A program made the position numbers and the translations under genes. From contig CAZENF010000003.1 in assembly GCA_964513645.1 (NCBI GenBank), forward strand, positions 127,914 to 191,913: a DNA stretch of 64,000 nucleotides, written 5' to 3'. Numbering within the stretch: position 1 is the stretch's first letter; every line of letters starts with the position of its first letter. Under the pieces are notes generated by a model. The model was not told where the DNA came from, did no database searches, and saw nothing but the letters and a program-made list of their open reading frames with translations. The stretch is from an uncultured Candidatus Saccharibacteria bacterium. GTDB taxonomy: Bacteria > Patescibacteriota > Minisyncoccia > 2-02-FULL-40-12 > GWA2-44-9. Shown piece by piece: positions 46,480 through 55,197 of the stretch.

Positions 46480-47118
46480 ATGACGATGCCTAAACCGCTA
46501 TATTTTAAGATAGGATTGATATTGTTGCTGGTGGGTGTTGCCGGAATTCTTTTGCCTTTTATTTCTTTCGGCGTTTCGGACGATTATGCCACTCTCGAAG
46601 TAATAGCCCAAAATGAAGAAGCGCAAAATTCTCAAAACAAATTTCTTCAGCAGGTGAGTATAAGCCTGGCAACACCGACTCCTGTTCCGTCGGTCAAATT
46701 TGACCCGAACCACCTTAATGTTACCGATCGGCTGGTCATTTCAAAGATAGGCGTCGATATGCCATTGTTTGAATCTGATAAACTGTCGATACTCTGGAAA
46801 GGCGGCTGGGTTTTCCCGGGTACATCCACTCCGGATAAAGGAGGGAATACGGTAATTTTCGGACACCGTTTCCGTTATCTTCCGCCGATAAACAATACTT
46901 TTTTCTCTTTAGATAAGATACAAATGGATGATACTTTCACGGTTGTCTGGAAAGGGACGATATATCACTACCAGGTTATCGATAAAAAAGTCATCGAGCC
47001 GAGCGATTTTTCCATTTTAAGCCAGAGTTCCGAACAGGAAGTAACCCTGGTAACCTGTACACCCTTATGGACAAGCAAACAACGCCTGGTCGTAGTCGGC
47101 AAACTTTTGCCAAATTAA
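46480..47118 (+). CDS. Sortase family transpeptidase
   Basis: N-terminal TM; catalytic His (TVIFGHRF), TLxTC motif (EVTLVTCTP) and downstream Arg (QRLVVVG). Confidence 0.7.
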   Translation: MTMPKPLYFKIGLILLLVGVAGILLPFISFGVSDDYATLEVIAQNEEAQNSQNKFLQQVSISLATPTPVPSVKFDPNHLNVTDRLVISKIGVDMPLFESDKLSILWKGGWVFPGTSTPDKGGNTVIFGHRFRYLPPINNTFFSLDKIQMDDTFTVVWKGTIYHYQVIDKKVIEPSDFSILSQSSEQEVTLVTCTPLWTSKQRLVVVGKLLPN

Positions 47119-47140
47119 AAACCGCAGGACAAAGGCGGTT

Positions 47141-47719
47141 TTACCATTTAACTCCCCATAGAAGGAGTATTTTTATAAAAAAGTATATCGAAGTGTTTGC
47201 GAAGATATGTGAAAGGACGGCCAGCTGCCATTCTCTCGTCCTGATTACTAACCAGCTCCAGGTCAGGCCGACAAAGAATATTGGCCCGAGGATGGGTAAA
47301 GAGTCGGAATGGCCGAGCGTCCACAAATAATTACCGATGATGAAAGGTATCCAAGCGAGAAAGTAAAAGAATTTTCCGGCTTCGTTCCCGATAAGTTCAT
47401 TGTTGCGGGACTCCCACAATTTAATGAACATTATAAGCAATAGTAAACACAGCCACGGCAGAAGGCGGTACTGAATTTCTTCCGCTCCGATGGTAATGCT
47501 ACTGGTAAGAAAAAATTTACCAAGGTCAGATATCGGATAAAGGAAGCTGATGTGAACATTCAGGTATGGTTTGAGTGTTCTGAACAATGGACTTGGGCCT
47601 GTTATCAGGGCTGACAAAAGAAATAATCCCGTGACTACTGTAATGTTGATGAGTGCTATTTTAAAAAATAAGAGCCACTTTTCTTTAGGAGCAGGCGGTG
47701 GAGCCAGGATATCGAACAT
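47141..47719 (-). CDS. CPBP family intramembrane glutamic endopeptidase (CAAX protease/Abi family)
   Basis: Motif 1 EExxxR (GAEEIQYRLL), motif 3 HxxxN (HIFANTSIYF); polytopic 192 aa. Confidence 0.65.
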   Translation of the reverse strand: MFDILAPPPAPKEKWLLFFKIALINITVVTGLFLLSALITGPSPLFRTLKPYLNVHISFLYPISDLGKFFLTSSITIGAEEIQYRLLPWLCLLLLIMFIKLWESRNNELIGNEAGKFFYFLAWIPFIIGNYLWTLGHSDSLPILGPIFFVGLTWSWLVIRTREWQLAVLSHIFANTSIYFFIKILLLWGVKW

Positions 47720-47834
47720 TTTGATATTTTCAAGGGACCTTAGAACTGGCTGATTTATACCACATTTTTAGGAATTTGTCGATATACAGATGGTCTGATG
47801 TTTGTAGTAAAATTAACTGGTAACGCTGAATTAT

Positions 47835-48494
47835 ATGGGAACTTTTCTTGGAATTGATCTCGTTGCTCTGATTAAAACAGCCGGATATCTGGGCCTGTTT
47901 TTTATTGTCTTTGCCGAGTCGGGATTATTGATAGGATTCTTTTTTCCTGGAGATTCATTGTTATTCACGGCTGGGTTTTTAGCTTCGCAAGGATTTCTCG
48001 GAATTGTACCCTTAATTTTATTGATGGCGGTTGCGGCGATACTTGGCGATAATGTCGGCTATGCCTTCGGGCGCCGAATAGGAGTAAAAATATTTACTCG
48101 TGAGGACTCGGTTATATTTCACAAAGCTCATCTCGAGAGGGCCAGAGTTTTTTACGAGAAATATGGAGGTAAGACTATAGTTCTTGCCCGCTTTATGCCG
48201 GTGGTCAGGACATTCGCGCCGATAGTGGCCGGGGTGGGACAGATGAACTATGGTCAATTCGTTTTTTATAATTTTTTCGGCGGCCTCGTCTGGGGACTTG
48301 GAATGCCGTTGGCCGGTTATTTTCTCGGCCGCACTATACCGAATGTCGATCATTACTTGCTGCCGATAATTTTGCTGATAATCTTGATCTCGATAGCACC
48401 GCCTCTTTGGCATGCTTTGAAAGACAAAGAGGATAGGAAGCGTATCAAAGAAGCGGTTATAAGCATAGTTCACTCTCTTTTGGGCAGGAAATAG
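47835..48494 (+). CDS. DedA/SNARE-associated (TVP38/TMEM64) family membrane protein
   Basis: FFFPGDSLLFTAGFLASQG DedA signature, polytopic 219 aa. Confidence 0.8.
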   Translation: MGTFLGIDLVALIKTAGYLGLFFIVFAESGLLIGFFFPGDSLLFTAGFLASQGFLGIVPLILLMAVAAILGDNVGYAFGRRIGVKIFTREDSVIFHKAHLERARVFYEKYGGKTIVLARFMPVVRTFAPIVAGVGQMNYGQFVFYNFFGGLVWGLGMPLAGYFLGRTIPNVDHYLLPIILLIILISIAPPLWHALKDKEDRKRIKEAVISIVHSLLGRK

Positions 48495-48516
48495 GATTTG
48501 TGGTATACTTACATAT

Positions 48517-48720
48517 ATGTACGTTTTTGGTCTGGCAATACTTCTTCTCGGTCTCGCATTTTTATTGAGGAATCTCGGTTTGCTTAGTTTTGCCGCGAGT
48601 TTCTGGTCGGTTTTTTATCCTCTGGTTATAATTCTGGTCGGGCTTGGGGTACTTGGAGCCACTTATGAAGGCCGGAAATTTCTCAAAAGACTAAAGGAAC
48701 TCTTCGGCAAAGAAAAGTAA
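48517..48720 (+). CDS. Small membrane protein
   Basis: 67 aa, two TM helices. Confidence 0.3.
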   Translation: MYVFGLAILLLGLAFLLRNLGLLSFAASFWSVFYPLVIILVGLGVLGATYEGRKFLKRLKELFGKEK

Positions 48721-48744
48721 AAGGTCCTCATGAGGACCTTTTTA
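48721..48744. terminator. Intrinsic terminator
   Basis: aaggtcctca / tgaggacctt perfect palindrome followed by ttt. Confidence 0.7.
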
Positions 48745-48952
48745 GAACCAAGTTAAGGTTTTCTATCCGCTGATCGTCTTCTTTTTCCCAATTCCATTTT
48801 TCGCTGCCATCCGAGTAAACCCACACGCGTTTGCCAGGAAGGAAAAATTGAGCCAACTGCCAATCTATTTCTGCCGTACCCGGTACTTCGTATCTTAGTC
48901 TTAATTCGTAGATCTTATAAGCACATATTTTGAGCCACTCTTCTCTTTCCAT
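48728..48952 (-). CDS. Small hypothetical protein downstream of the DUF192 gene
   Basis: 74 aa, Trp-rich (WLKICAYKIYELRLRYEVPGTAEIDWQ...WNWEKEDDQ); 57-nt gap after the DUF192 gene, same strand. Confidence 0.3.
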   Translation of the reverse strand: MEREEWLKICAYKIYELRLRYEVPGTAEIDWQLAQFFLPGKRVWVYSDGSEKWNWEKEDDQRIENLNLVLKRSS

Positions 48953-49009
48953 TTACACCTCCGGACACGATTCTTATACATTACAATATTAAATCAAATT
49001 TGTCAATTA

Positions 49010-49477
49010 CTAAAACCGAACAATATCGCCGGGTTTGATATTGTTTCTGTCCGACCAGCCGGCGTTAACCTCGATAACATAGAGAACAGGCGACGGTGGT
49101 TGAAAAGTTGCGGGATAGGTGTCAGGTGAGATGTTTTTTGTGACAGCGACTATTTTGCCGCTCTTATCCGCCCAGAGCATATCAAGTGGAAAATGCATGT
49201 CTTTCATCCAGAACGAAGGCGTTTCGGGCAGAGGAAATATGAAGAGCATTCCGTGGTTCTCGACCATTGAAGTGCGGTATGAAAGGCCGAGAACCTGTTT
49301 ATCCGGAGTATCCGCAACTTCGACGTTTAAAATTTCTCCGCCGATGTTTATTGTTTTCTGATTTTGAATACTAGCGGTATTGTTGTCCGTTTCCGATTTA
49401 TGGTTGAAGGCGGTGAACACTAAAAGCGCCAGAAAACCGAGGCCGAAGATAAGAAGGGTTTTTTTGTACATTTGCAT
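49010..49477 (-). CDS. DUF192 (COG1430) family secreted protein
   Basis: Signal peptide; LNVEVADTPDKQVLGLSYRTSMVENHGMLFIFPLPETPSFWMKDMHFPLDMLWADKSGKIV matches the DUF192 core. Confidence 0.65.
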   Translation of the reverse strand: MQMYKKTLLIFGLGFLALLVFTAFNHKSETDNNTASIQNQKTINIGGEILNVEVADTPDKQVLGLSYRTSMVENHGMLFIFPLPETPSFWMKDMHFPLDMLWADKSGKIVAVTKNISPDTYPATFQPPSPVLYVIEVNAGWSDRNNIKPGDIVRF

Positions 49478-49525
49478 CGAAGTTTACTCCATTATACTCG
49501 GGATTTTAGGGTTTAGCCATCGGGC

Positions 49526-49554
49526 TTGCCTTAAAAGCCGTTCTATGATATCAT
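49526..49554 (+). promoter_or_regulatory. Sigma70 promoter (TTGCCT-17-TATCAT) for the RRM protein gene
   Basis: ttgcct at 49526-49531, 17-nt spacer, tatcat at 49549-49554. Confidence 0.45.
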
Positions 49555-49595
49555 ATAGGCATTGTAGGTTTTTCTCGCGTTTCCTCTAAGCTTTT

Positions 49596-49690
49596 AGTAG
49601 GAACTGACGGGAGGTCGTTCCTACTAAAAATAGATAGGTCAGGGGAGGGTTACCATGAATTTTTCTTGGTTTATTTTCTCCTCGATCTAA
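49596..49690 (+). promoter_or_regulatory. Structured 5' leader: perfect 10-bp hairpin followed by a strong RBS and an 11-codon uORF ending 8 nt before the RRM gene start
   Basis: tagtaggaac-tgacgggaggtc-gttcctacta (49596-49627); aggggaggg RBS; ATG 49655 encodes MNFSWFIFSSI, stop TAA 49688-49690; RRM gene GTG at 49699. Confidence 0.45.
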
Positions 49691-49698
49691 ACAATTAG

Positions 49699-50043
49699 GT
49701 GAAGAAATTATATGTAGGCAATCTGCCCTACTCAACCACTGATGCCGATTTGAAGAGCATGGTCTCTCAATACGGTTCAGTCGATTCTGCTTCTGTCCTC
49801 ATGGACAGAATGTCGGGTCGTTCAAGAGGTTTCGGATTCGTCGAAATGTCGAACGATGATGAAGCCCAGGCCGCAATTGACGGTTTGAACGGTAAAGAGT
49901 TCGAAGGCAGGAAGCTGGTTGTCAATGAAGCCAGACCGCCTGCCGAACGAGGCCCTCGAAGGAGCTTCGGTGGCGGTGGCGGTGGACGTGGTGGATTTGG
50001 CGGCGGACGCGGAGGCTACGGCCGAGGCGGCGACAGCTACTAA
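49699..50043 (+). CDS. RRM-type RNA-binding protein with Gly/Arg-rich C-terminal tail
   Basis: RNP2 LYVGNL, RNP1 RGFGFVEM, C-terminal GGGGGGRGGFGGGRGGYGRGG; GTG start. Confidence 0.85.
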   Translation: MKKLYVGNLPYSTTDADLKSMVSQYGSVDSASVLMDRMSGRSRGFGFVEMSNDDEAQAAIDGLNGKEFEGRKLVVNEARPPAERGPRRSFGGGGGGRGGFGGGRGGYGRGGDSY

Positions 50044-50055
50044 TCCTTGCCAATC

Positions 50056-50085
50056 AAAAACTCCCGTAAGGGAGTTTTTGATTTT
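50056..50085 (+). terminator. Intrinsic terminator
   Basis: aaaactccc-gtaa-gggagtttt followed by tgatttt. Confidence 0.8.
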
Positions 50086-50113
50086 CCTGGAATACGTGTA
50101 TCATAAGCTTGTA

Positions 50114-50452
50114 ATGTTTAAAATTCCGAAAAACGATGCTAAATACCACTGGACCCAACATGTTTTAAGGAAGATGGCTTTTTATGGTCTGACCCCGGAC
50201 CGGGTTAAAAGGATAATCAGGACTCCGAGCCGTATCGAAGAGGGAATAGCCGAACAAACTATCGGGGTGATGCAGTTAGGGCCGAACAAGAAAAAACCGA
50301 CAGAAATTTGGGCAATGTACCGGACAAAACCAAAATCTCATCAAAAGATAGTAATCAGTGCTTGGCGTTATCCCGGAATCAGTCCGGTCGGCAAACAAAT
50401 TCCGATTCCGCAAGATATTTTGGAAGAGTTAAAAAAAGAGAATATAATTTAA
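50114..50452 (+). CDS. Small conserved hypothetical protein (DUF4258-like)
   Basis: MFKIPKNDAKYHWTQHVLRKMAFYGLTPDRVKRIIRTP...; 112 aa. The track ORF 49919..50452 overlaps the RRM gene and terminator; the internal ATG at 50114 is preferred. Confidence 0.35.
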   Translation: MFKIPKNDAKYHWTQHVLRKMAFYGLTPDRVKRIIRTPSRIEEGIAEQTIGVMQLGPNKKKPTEIWAMYRTKPKSHQKIVISAWRYPGISPVGKQIPIPQDILEELKKENII

Positions 50453-50536
50453 AACACAGACAGTTTAGAACGCAGCTGGCTTGGCCAAGAGCGTATCCGC
50501 CCTGATCTTAGGCGGAAGCGACCAGCAAGTTATAAC

Positions 50537-51352
50537 ATGAGAATTGGGTGTCATGTATCTATCGCAGGTGGGGTGATTAATGCGCCGAAAAACGCGGCTG
50601 ATTTAGGTTGCGAAGTTTTTCAAATGTTCACGCGGTCACCTCAAGGCGGGCCGGCACCGAAGATCGACGCTGAAGTTATCAAAAAATTTAAAGAAGAGAT
50701 GGAAAAATACGGCCAGGAGAATTGTTATATCCACGCTCCATATTATATAAATTTTGCTTCAGGTAACGAAAAAACAAGAGAAGCATCGATCAAGGTTATC
50801 CGAGAGGAACTTGAGCGCGGGAGTCTTCTCGGTGCAAAATATTTGATGACCCACCTGGGCAGTTCCAAGGATTTTACACGCGCTGAAGCGTTAAAGCTTG
50901 TTACTTCCGGTGTTCAGGCGGTGATGAAAAGTTACAAAGGCACAACCCAATTTCTGCTTGAGATATCAGCCGGTTCGGGAAATACCATCGGAGATACTTT
51001 TGAAGAACTTCAAGAGATAATGGGTGACAATAAGAATATTGGTGTTTGTCTTGATTCTGCCCATATGTTCGCTTCGGGTTATGATATTAAGACCAAGAAC
51101 GGAATGGCTGAAACCATGGCGATGCTCAAAAAAACCATCGGGCTTGAAAAAATAAAGCTCATTCATTCAAATGATTCCAAGGTTGGTCTGGGCGAACATA
51201 AAGATAGACACGACCATATTGGTGATGGTAAGATAGGCAAGGACGGCTTTATTAATCTTCTTAAAGCATTTCCTGGAGTTGATTTTATCCTTGAGACGAA
51301 GCCGGACAAAGTGGCTCAAGATATCAAATTACTAAAACAACTTCGGAAGTAA
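50537..51352 (+). CDS. nfo: Endonuclease IV (AP endonuclease family 2)
   Basis: MRIGCHVSIAGG, HAPYYINFAS, LMTHLGS, GVCLDSAHMFASGYDI, IHSNDSK, DRHDHIGDGKIG: the three zinc-site His/Asp/Glu blocks of Nfo. Confidence 0.85.
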   Translation: MRIGCHVSIAGGVINAPKNAADLGCEVFQMFTRSPQGGPAPKIDAEVIKKFKEEMEKYGQENCYIHAPYYINFASGNEKTREASIKVIREELERGSLLGAKYLMTHLGSSKDFTRAEALKLVTSGVQAVMKSYKGTTQFLLEISAGSGNTIGDTFEELQEIMGDNKNIGVCLDSAHMFASGYDIKTKNGMAETMAMLKKTIGLEKIKLIHSNDSKVGLGEHKDRHDHIGDGKIGKDGFINLLKAFPGVDFILETKPDKVAQDIKLLKQLRK

Positions 51353-51356
51353 AATT

Positions 51357-51647
51357 ATGGCAAATTTTTTCATGAACTATGCTAACTTATCCGCCTACGG
51401 CGGAATGAATATGGGTCTTTTCTCGGCGGTCTTTACGCCCATTGTTTTAGCTCTCCTTGTCTGGACACTTTACTGGAAGTATCGGGCCCTTTGGTATGCC
51501 GCCAAACATGATGATAAGTGGTGGTTCATCGCTTTAATGATTATAAATACTCTCGGTATTCTCGAGATAGTCTACCTTTATGTTATTAACAAACAATCCG
51601 GAGAACCTTCCGGCCATGACGAGAACAGTGTTCCGATGGTCCAATAA
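51357..51647 (+). CDS. Small membrane protein
   Basis: 96 aa, two TM helices. Confidence 0.35.
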   Translation: MANFFMNYANLSAYGGMNMGLFSAVFTPIVLALLVWTLYWKYRALWYAAKHDDKWWFIALMIINTLGILEIVYLYVINKQSGEPSGHDENSVPMVQ

Positions 51648-51652
51648 TAAAA

Positions 51653-51687
51653 ACACCCCGACGAAATGTCGGGGTTTGGTTTTATTT
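51653..51687. terminator. Bidirectional intrinsic terminator
   Basis: caccccgac-gaaat-gtcggggt followed by ttggttttattt. Confidence 0.7.
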
Positions 51688-51973
51688 AACGGGGATTTTT
51701 AGCGCAACTGTTAGGGACTCCCCATATACCGCCTTTATCGCCGGAGCTATAAATTAATGTTCCCGTATATGTGTCGCAGATTGCGGCCAAAGTGTAGTAA
51801 ATATTATTATTTGATTTTCCGGAGTAATCCCATTTTCCGAGTGCTTGAAATTGGAATCTAGCTTCTGATCTCTCAACTTGGGCCTCAACGGTAGCAGGGG
51901 CAAAATAATGGTCGGTCATTAGTCCAAATGAAAAACCCAGAACAATGAAAGCGGCCAGTACCAAGGTGCGCAT
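51686..51973 (-). CDS. Small secreted hypothetical protein
   Basis: 95 aa with signal peptide (MRTLVLAAFIVLGFSFGL); two Cys. Confidence 0.35.
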   Translation of the reverse strand: MRTLVLAAFIVLGFSFGLMTDHYFAPATVEAQVERSEARFQFQALGKWDYSGKSNNNIYYTLAAICDTYTGTLIYSSGDKGGIWGVPNSCAKNPR

Positions 51974-52015
51974 TTTGGCTCCTAGGAAGTTTTAAATGTG
52001 CGAGTATAGTCTAAT

Positions 52016-53197
52016 CTATTTATTGAATTTTGTCAAGAATTGTAATTTGAACTGGGTAAACTTTCCTTTGGTGATCGAGTCACGTATTTTCTCGACAAAA
52101 TCATTGAAGAACCACATATTGTGCATGAGGGCGTAACGCTGGCCTCGGGCGAGCTCTTTGGGTGAAGCGCTTTTTAGCAGTTTTCTGATATTGCTTCGGG
52201 AAATTTTTGACTTACAGGTCGGGCAGCCGCATCTATGATCAATTATTTTTTTATCGTCCGAGAATTTGCCTCGCATAACATCCAGTGTGCCAGTTGAGGT
52301 GTACAGGCGGCCGTGGCGAGCTTCTCGGGTAGGAATAACACAATCGAAAGTATCGACGCCGTTTGAGACGGCCTCGAGGATATCTTCCAATTTGCCTACC
52401 CCGAGAAGGTGGCGAGGTTTCTCTTCGGGCAGATAGGGAATGATCCATTTTAAAATTTTAGAGATCTGTTTTTTGGTATATGAGCCGCCGATGCCGAAAC
52501 CGTCAAAAGGCATACTACCGATGCTTTTCGCGCTTTTTATTCGAAGGTCTTTGAAAATCCCACCCTGAACAATGCCGAATAACGACTGGGAGTGGATTTC
52601 GCTTCGCTTCCCGTCTTGCTCCTGTTTCCTTTTTAGAACTTCCAGACAAATTTTGGCCCATTTATCCGTCAGTGCGACGGCTTTTTGATTATATTTATAA
52701 TTATCCAAAGGCGAGGTGATGTGATCGAAAGCAAATATAATATCCGCACCGATGCGGTTTTGAATTTTCATAGATAAAGCCGGACCAAGAAAGAATAGTT
52801 TACCGTTAAAATAAAATTCAACTCCCTTGCCGCTTATTTTTACCCTTGTTCTTTTAAAATCTTTTTGGGCTTTGGCGTCACCAGTCATAAATTTGCCGAC
52901 CTTACTCTTATTTCCAAAGGCAAGAGATAAAACCTGAAACCCTCCGCTGTCGGTCATTGTTGCAACCCGGCCGAAATTAAAAGGTCTCGGATTGTGCCAA
53001 AGGTGGAAAGTATTGGCAATTATAAGTTGGGTTTTTGTTTTTTTAATATCAGCCGGAGACAGGTTCCGGATCTGTCCGTAAGTGCCGACCATGACGTAAG
53101 ACGGGGTCAAAACTTTGCCGTGAGGCGTGGTTAAAACACCCAGGCGGGCTTTTGTTCTTTTATCTTTTTTTAATATTTTGAAAATTGTTTGTGGCAA
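52016..53197 (-). CDS. tgt: Queuine tRNA-ribosyltransferase (tRNA-guanine transglycosylase)
   Basis: LGVLTTPHGKVLTPSYVMVGT, TDSGGFQV, zinc site HRCGCPTCKSKISRSNIRKLL...H; 393 aa. Confidence 0.85.
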   Translation of the reverse strand: MPQTIFKILKKDKRTKARLGVLTTPHGKVLTPSYVMVGTYGQIRNLSPADIKKTKTQLIIANTFHLWHNPRPFNFGRVATMTDSGGFQVLSLAFGNKSKVGKFMTGDAKAQKDFKRTRVKISGKGVEFYFNGKLFFLGPALSMKIQNRIGADIIFAFDHITSPLDNYKYNQKAVALTDKWAKICLEVLKRKQEQDGKRSEIHSQSLFGIVQGGIFKDLRIKSAKSIGSMPFDGFGIGGSYTKKQISKILKWIIPYLPEEKPRHLLGVGKLEDILEAVSNGVDTFDCVIPTREARHGRLYTSTGTLDVMRGKFSDDKKIIDHRCGCPTCKSKISRSNIRKLLKSASPKELARGQRYALMHNMWFFNDFVEKIRDSITKGKFTQFKLQFLTKFNK

Positions 53198-53204
53198 TGT
53201 TTTT

Positions 53205-53230
53205 TAAAAACCCGCTTTTGCGGGTTTTAT
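53205..53230 (-). terminator. Intrinsic terminator of the upstream minus-strand gene
   Basis: aaaacccgc-tttt-gcgggtttt. Confidence 0.65.
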
Positions 53231-53970
53231 CTTGATCGGTAATTTCCCAGAGCATAAGTATATTTTTCTGTGCCGCGTTTCCTCACTTCATAATCAGCGG
53301 TGCCGGTCAGGTATTTTTCAATGACCATATCTTTATATTCGGTATACTCAACTGTAAACTCGAAATTATAAACGTCTACATTGATAGGGATAAAAAGAAT
53401 AAAGATTGAACTGACATCGAAACTGAAATGATAGTTTATGTTTCCTTCAACTTTAACTACACTAAGGTTGTCGAGATTTAAATAAACTTTTCCTGATGTC
53501 CGGTTTATGAACTCATCGGCGGTTTTTCTGACCTTCAGGTCCGGTTTGGGTTTGAACTTTATGACCGCACATTTGACGTCGTTTATGACGGCGGCGGTTT
53601 CGTCGGAAGGGTCGATAAAGAATTCATACCGTGTTTGAAATGCCTGATATAACTCTTCCACGCTCAAGTTTATAAGCTTCGGCGGACCGGTAATGGTCCG
53701 CTTCTCGGTCTTTTTAGACTTAAGATGGCCCTGATCATCGTACTCTTCGCTGTTTGAGACCATATCCGTAATGATGTTCCTGCGTGCGGGATTGTTGATC
53801 TTTGAAAGACCTTTTTCAACCATTAATTTTGCGATTTCCTGACCTTTGGAAATTCTTCCGGCCAAGAAGATCACTAAAACCATGCTCAAAATGCTAATTT
53901 TCCTTTTCAATACGTTCTCTATGTGTAAAAATGCTGTACATAATATATAACAAAAATCGGATATTTGCAA
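53227..53970 (-). CDS. Hypothetical exported protein
   Basis: Hydrophobic signal/anchor (ISILSMVLVIFLAGRI); beta-rich; true start may be an internal Met. Confidence 0.35.
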   Translation of the reverse strand: MQISDFCYILCTAFLHIENVLKRKISILSMVLVIFLAGRISKGQEIAKLMVEKGLSKINNPARRNIITDMVSNSEEYDDQGHLKSKKTEKRTITGPPKLINLSVEELYQAFQTRYEFFIDPSDETAAVINDVKCAVIKFKPKPDLKVRKTADEFINRTSGKVYLNLDNLSVVKVEGNINYHFSFDVSSIFILFIPINVDVYNFEFTVEYTEYKDMVIEKYLTGTADYEVRKRGTEKYTYALGNYRSR

Positions 53971-54009
53971 GTTTTGAATTTACAAAATTATTTATGGTAT
54001 AATGACCTT

Positions 54010-54249
54010 ATGAATAAAATATTGATATATTCGACTCCGACCTGTCCGTGGTGCAAAAAGGTCAAAGCTTACCTGACCGAAAAGGGCTTTGAGTACAAAG
54101 ATATAAACGTTGTTGAGGACCCGAAAGCCCAGGAAGAGATGATAGATAAGAGCGGCCAGCTCGGAGTTCCGGTCATAGATATCGACGGTAAGATAATCAT
54201 TGGATTTGATAAGGAAAAGATAGACCAGATCTTAAGTATAAAAAATTAA
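54010..54249 (+). CDS. Glutaredoxin-like protein (second NrdH/Grx paralog)
   Basis: MNKILIYSTPTCPWCKKVKAYL...VPVIDIDGKIIIGFDKEKI. A TTGAAT-18-TGgTATAAT promoter occupies 53978-54007, so the track start at 53965 is rejected. Confidence 0.75.
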   Translation: MNKILIYSTPTCPWCKKVKAYLTEKGFEYKDINVVEDPKAQEEMIDKSGQLGVPVIDIDGKIIIGFDKEKIDQILSIKN

Positions 54250-54258
54250 TTTAATAAC

Positions 54259-54873
54259 ATGCCAAAAAAAGAATTTAAAACACTATCGTATAAATCAGAT
54301 TCTCTTAAGGGAATTTCTGAAAAAACCATTGAGATACATCACGGCAAACTTTATAAGGGTTACGTAGATAAGTCGAACGATATCAAGGAAAAACTGATGC
54401 CCATTGCCAAAAGCGGCAAAGCGGAAGGCAATCAGATATACAGCGAATTAAGGGCCCTCAAGAACGGCGAGAGTTTTGCCAATAACGGAGTCTATCTTCA
54501 TGAGAATTATTTTGCTGTTATGGGCGGCGACGGAGTGCCAAGAGGAGAAGTGGCTGGCAAAGTGACAGAAAAATACGGCTCATTCGATAATTTTAAAAAT
54601 TATTTTTCTGCCTGTGGCATGGCTGCCCGCGGCTGGGCGGTTCTGGCCTGGGATATGTACGAGAAGGACCTCCGGATATTTACCTGCGATGCCCAGAATC
54701 ACGGTGGCATCTGGGGTACGGTCCCGGTTCTTTGTATGGATGTCTATGAACACTCCTATTTCATCGATACCGGTTCTGACCGCGCATCTTACATCAAATC
54801 ATTTTTTGATAATCTCAACTGGGACAAGATAGAGGAATTCTATCAAAAGGCCAAGAAATACGAACTAGACTAA
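54259..54873 (+). CDS. Fe/Mn superoxide dismutase
   Basis: HHGKLYKGYV, WAVLAWDMYEKDL, DVYEHSYFIDTGSDRASYI (D-x-W/Y-E-H-x-Y-Y metal-binding block). Confidence 0.85.
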   Translation: MPKKEFKTLSYKSDSLKGISEKTIEIHHGKLYKGYVDKSNDIKEKLMPIAKSGKAEGNQIYSELRALKNGESFANNGVYLHENYFAVMGGDGVPRGEVAGKVTEKYGSFDNFKNYFSACGMAARGWAVLAWDMYEKDLRIFTCDAQNHGGIWGTVPVLCMDVYEHSYFIDTGSDRASYIKSFFDNLNWDKIEEFYQKAKKYELD

Positions 54874-54937
54874 GGCCTTGACCTCGCATCTCTATTTTAT
54901 TAATCTGCGTAAGCGATATGTCTTTTGTGGTTGAGAA

Positions 54938-55189
54938 ATGAGTCTTTTGTCTTATCCGGCCGCTTTTGTCCTGGCGATATTTATTTTTGCCATAGGTTGG
55001 AGTTTGTACGGCGGAGCTTTAGAACAGAAGGACAAGATTAGCCTTCCGAGCCTCGAATATGCAAGCTTTACAACTGAAGAGAAAAAGAAATATAACGAAG
55101 ATATTAAGTCTTGTAAAAAATGGGGGATAATCGTGATTTGTGCCAGTCTTCCTTTTGTTGTGTATTTTTTCATCAAAGCCGCAATGTAG
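54938..55189 (+). CDS. Small membrane protein
   Basis: 83 aa, two TM helices. Confidence 0.3.
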   Translation: MSLLSYPAAFVLAIFIFAIGWSLYGGALEQKDKISLPSLEYASFTTEEKKKYNEDIKSCKKWGIIVICASLPFVVYFFIKAAM

Positions 55190-55197
55190 CGGCTTTT

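Noticed and set aside
48018-48473. 151-aa minus-strand ORF inside the DedA gene
   Set aside because: Antisense to a CDS with a clear DedA signature.
49919-50113. Long form (177 aa) of the ORF overlapping the RRM gene
   Set aside because: Its 5' part runs antiparallel in frame through the RRM Gly-rich tail and through the intrinsic terminator; only the segment from ATG 50114 is plausible.
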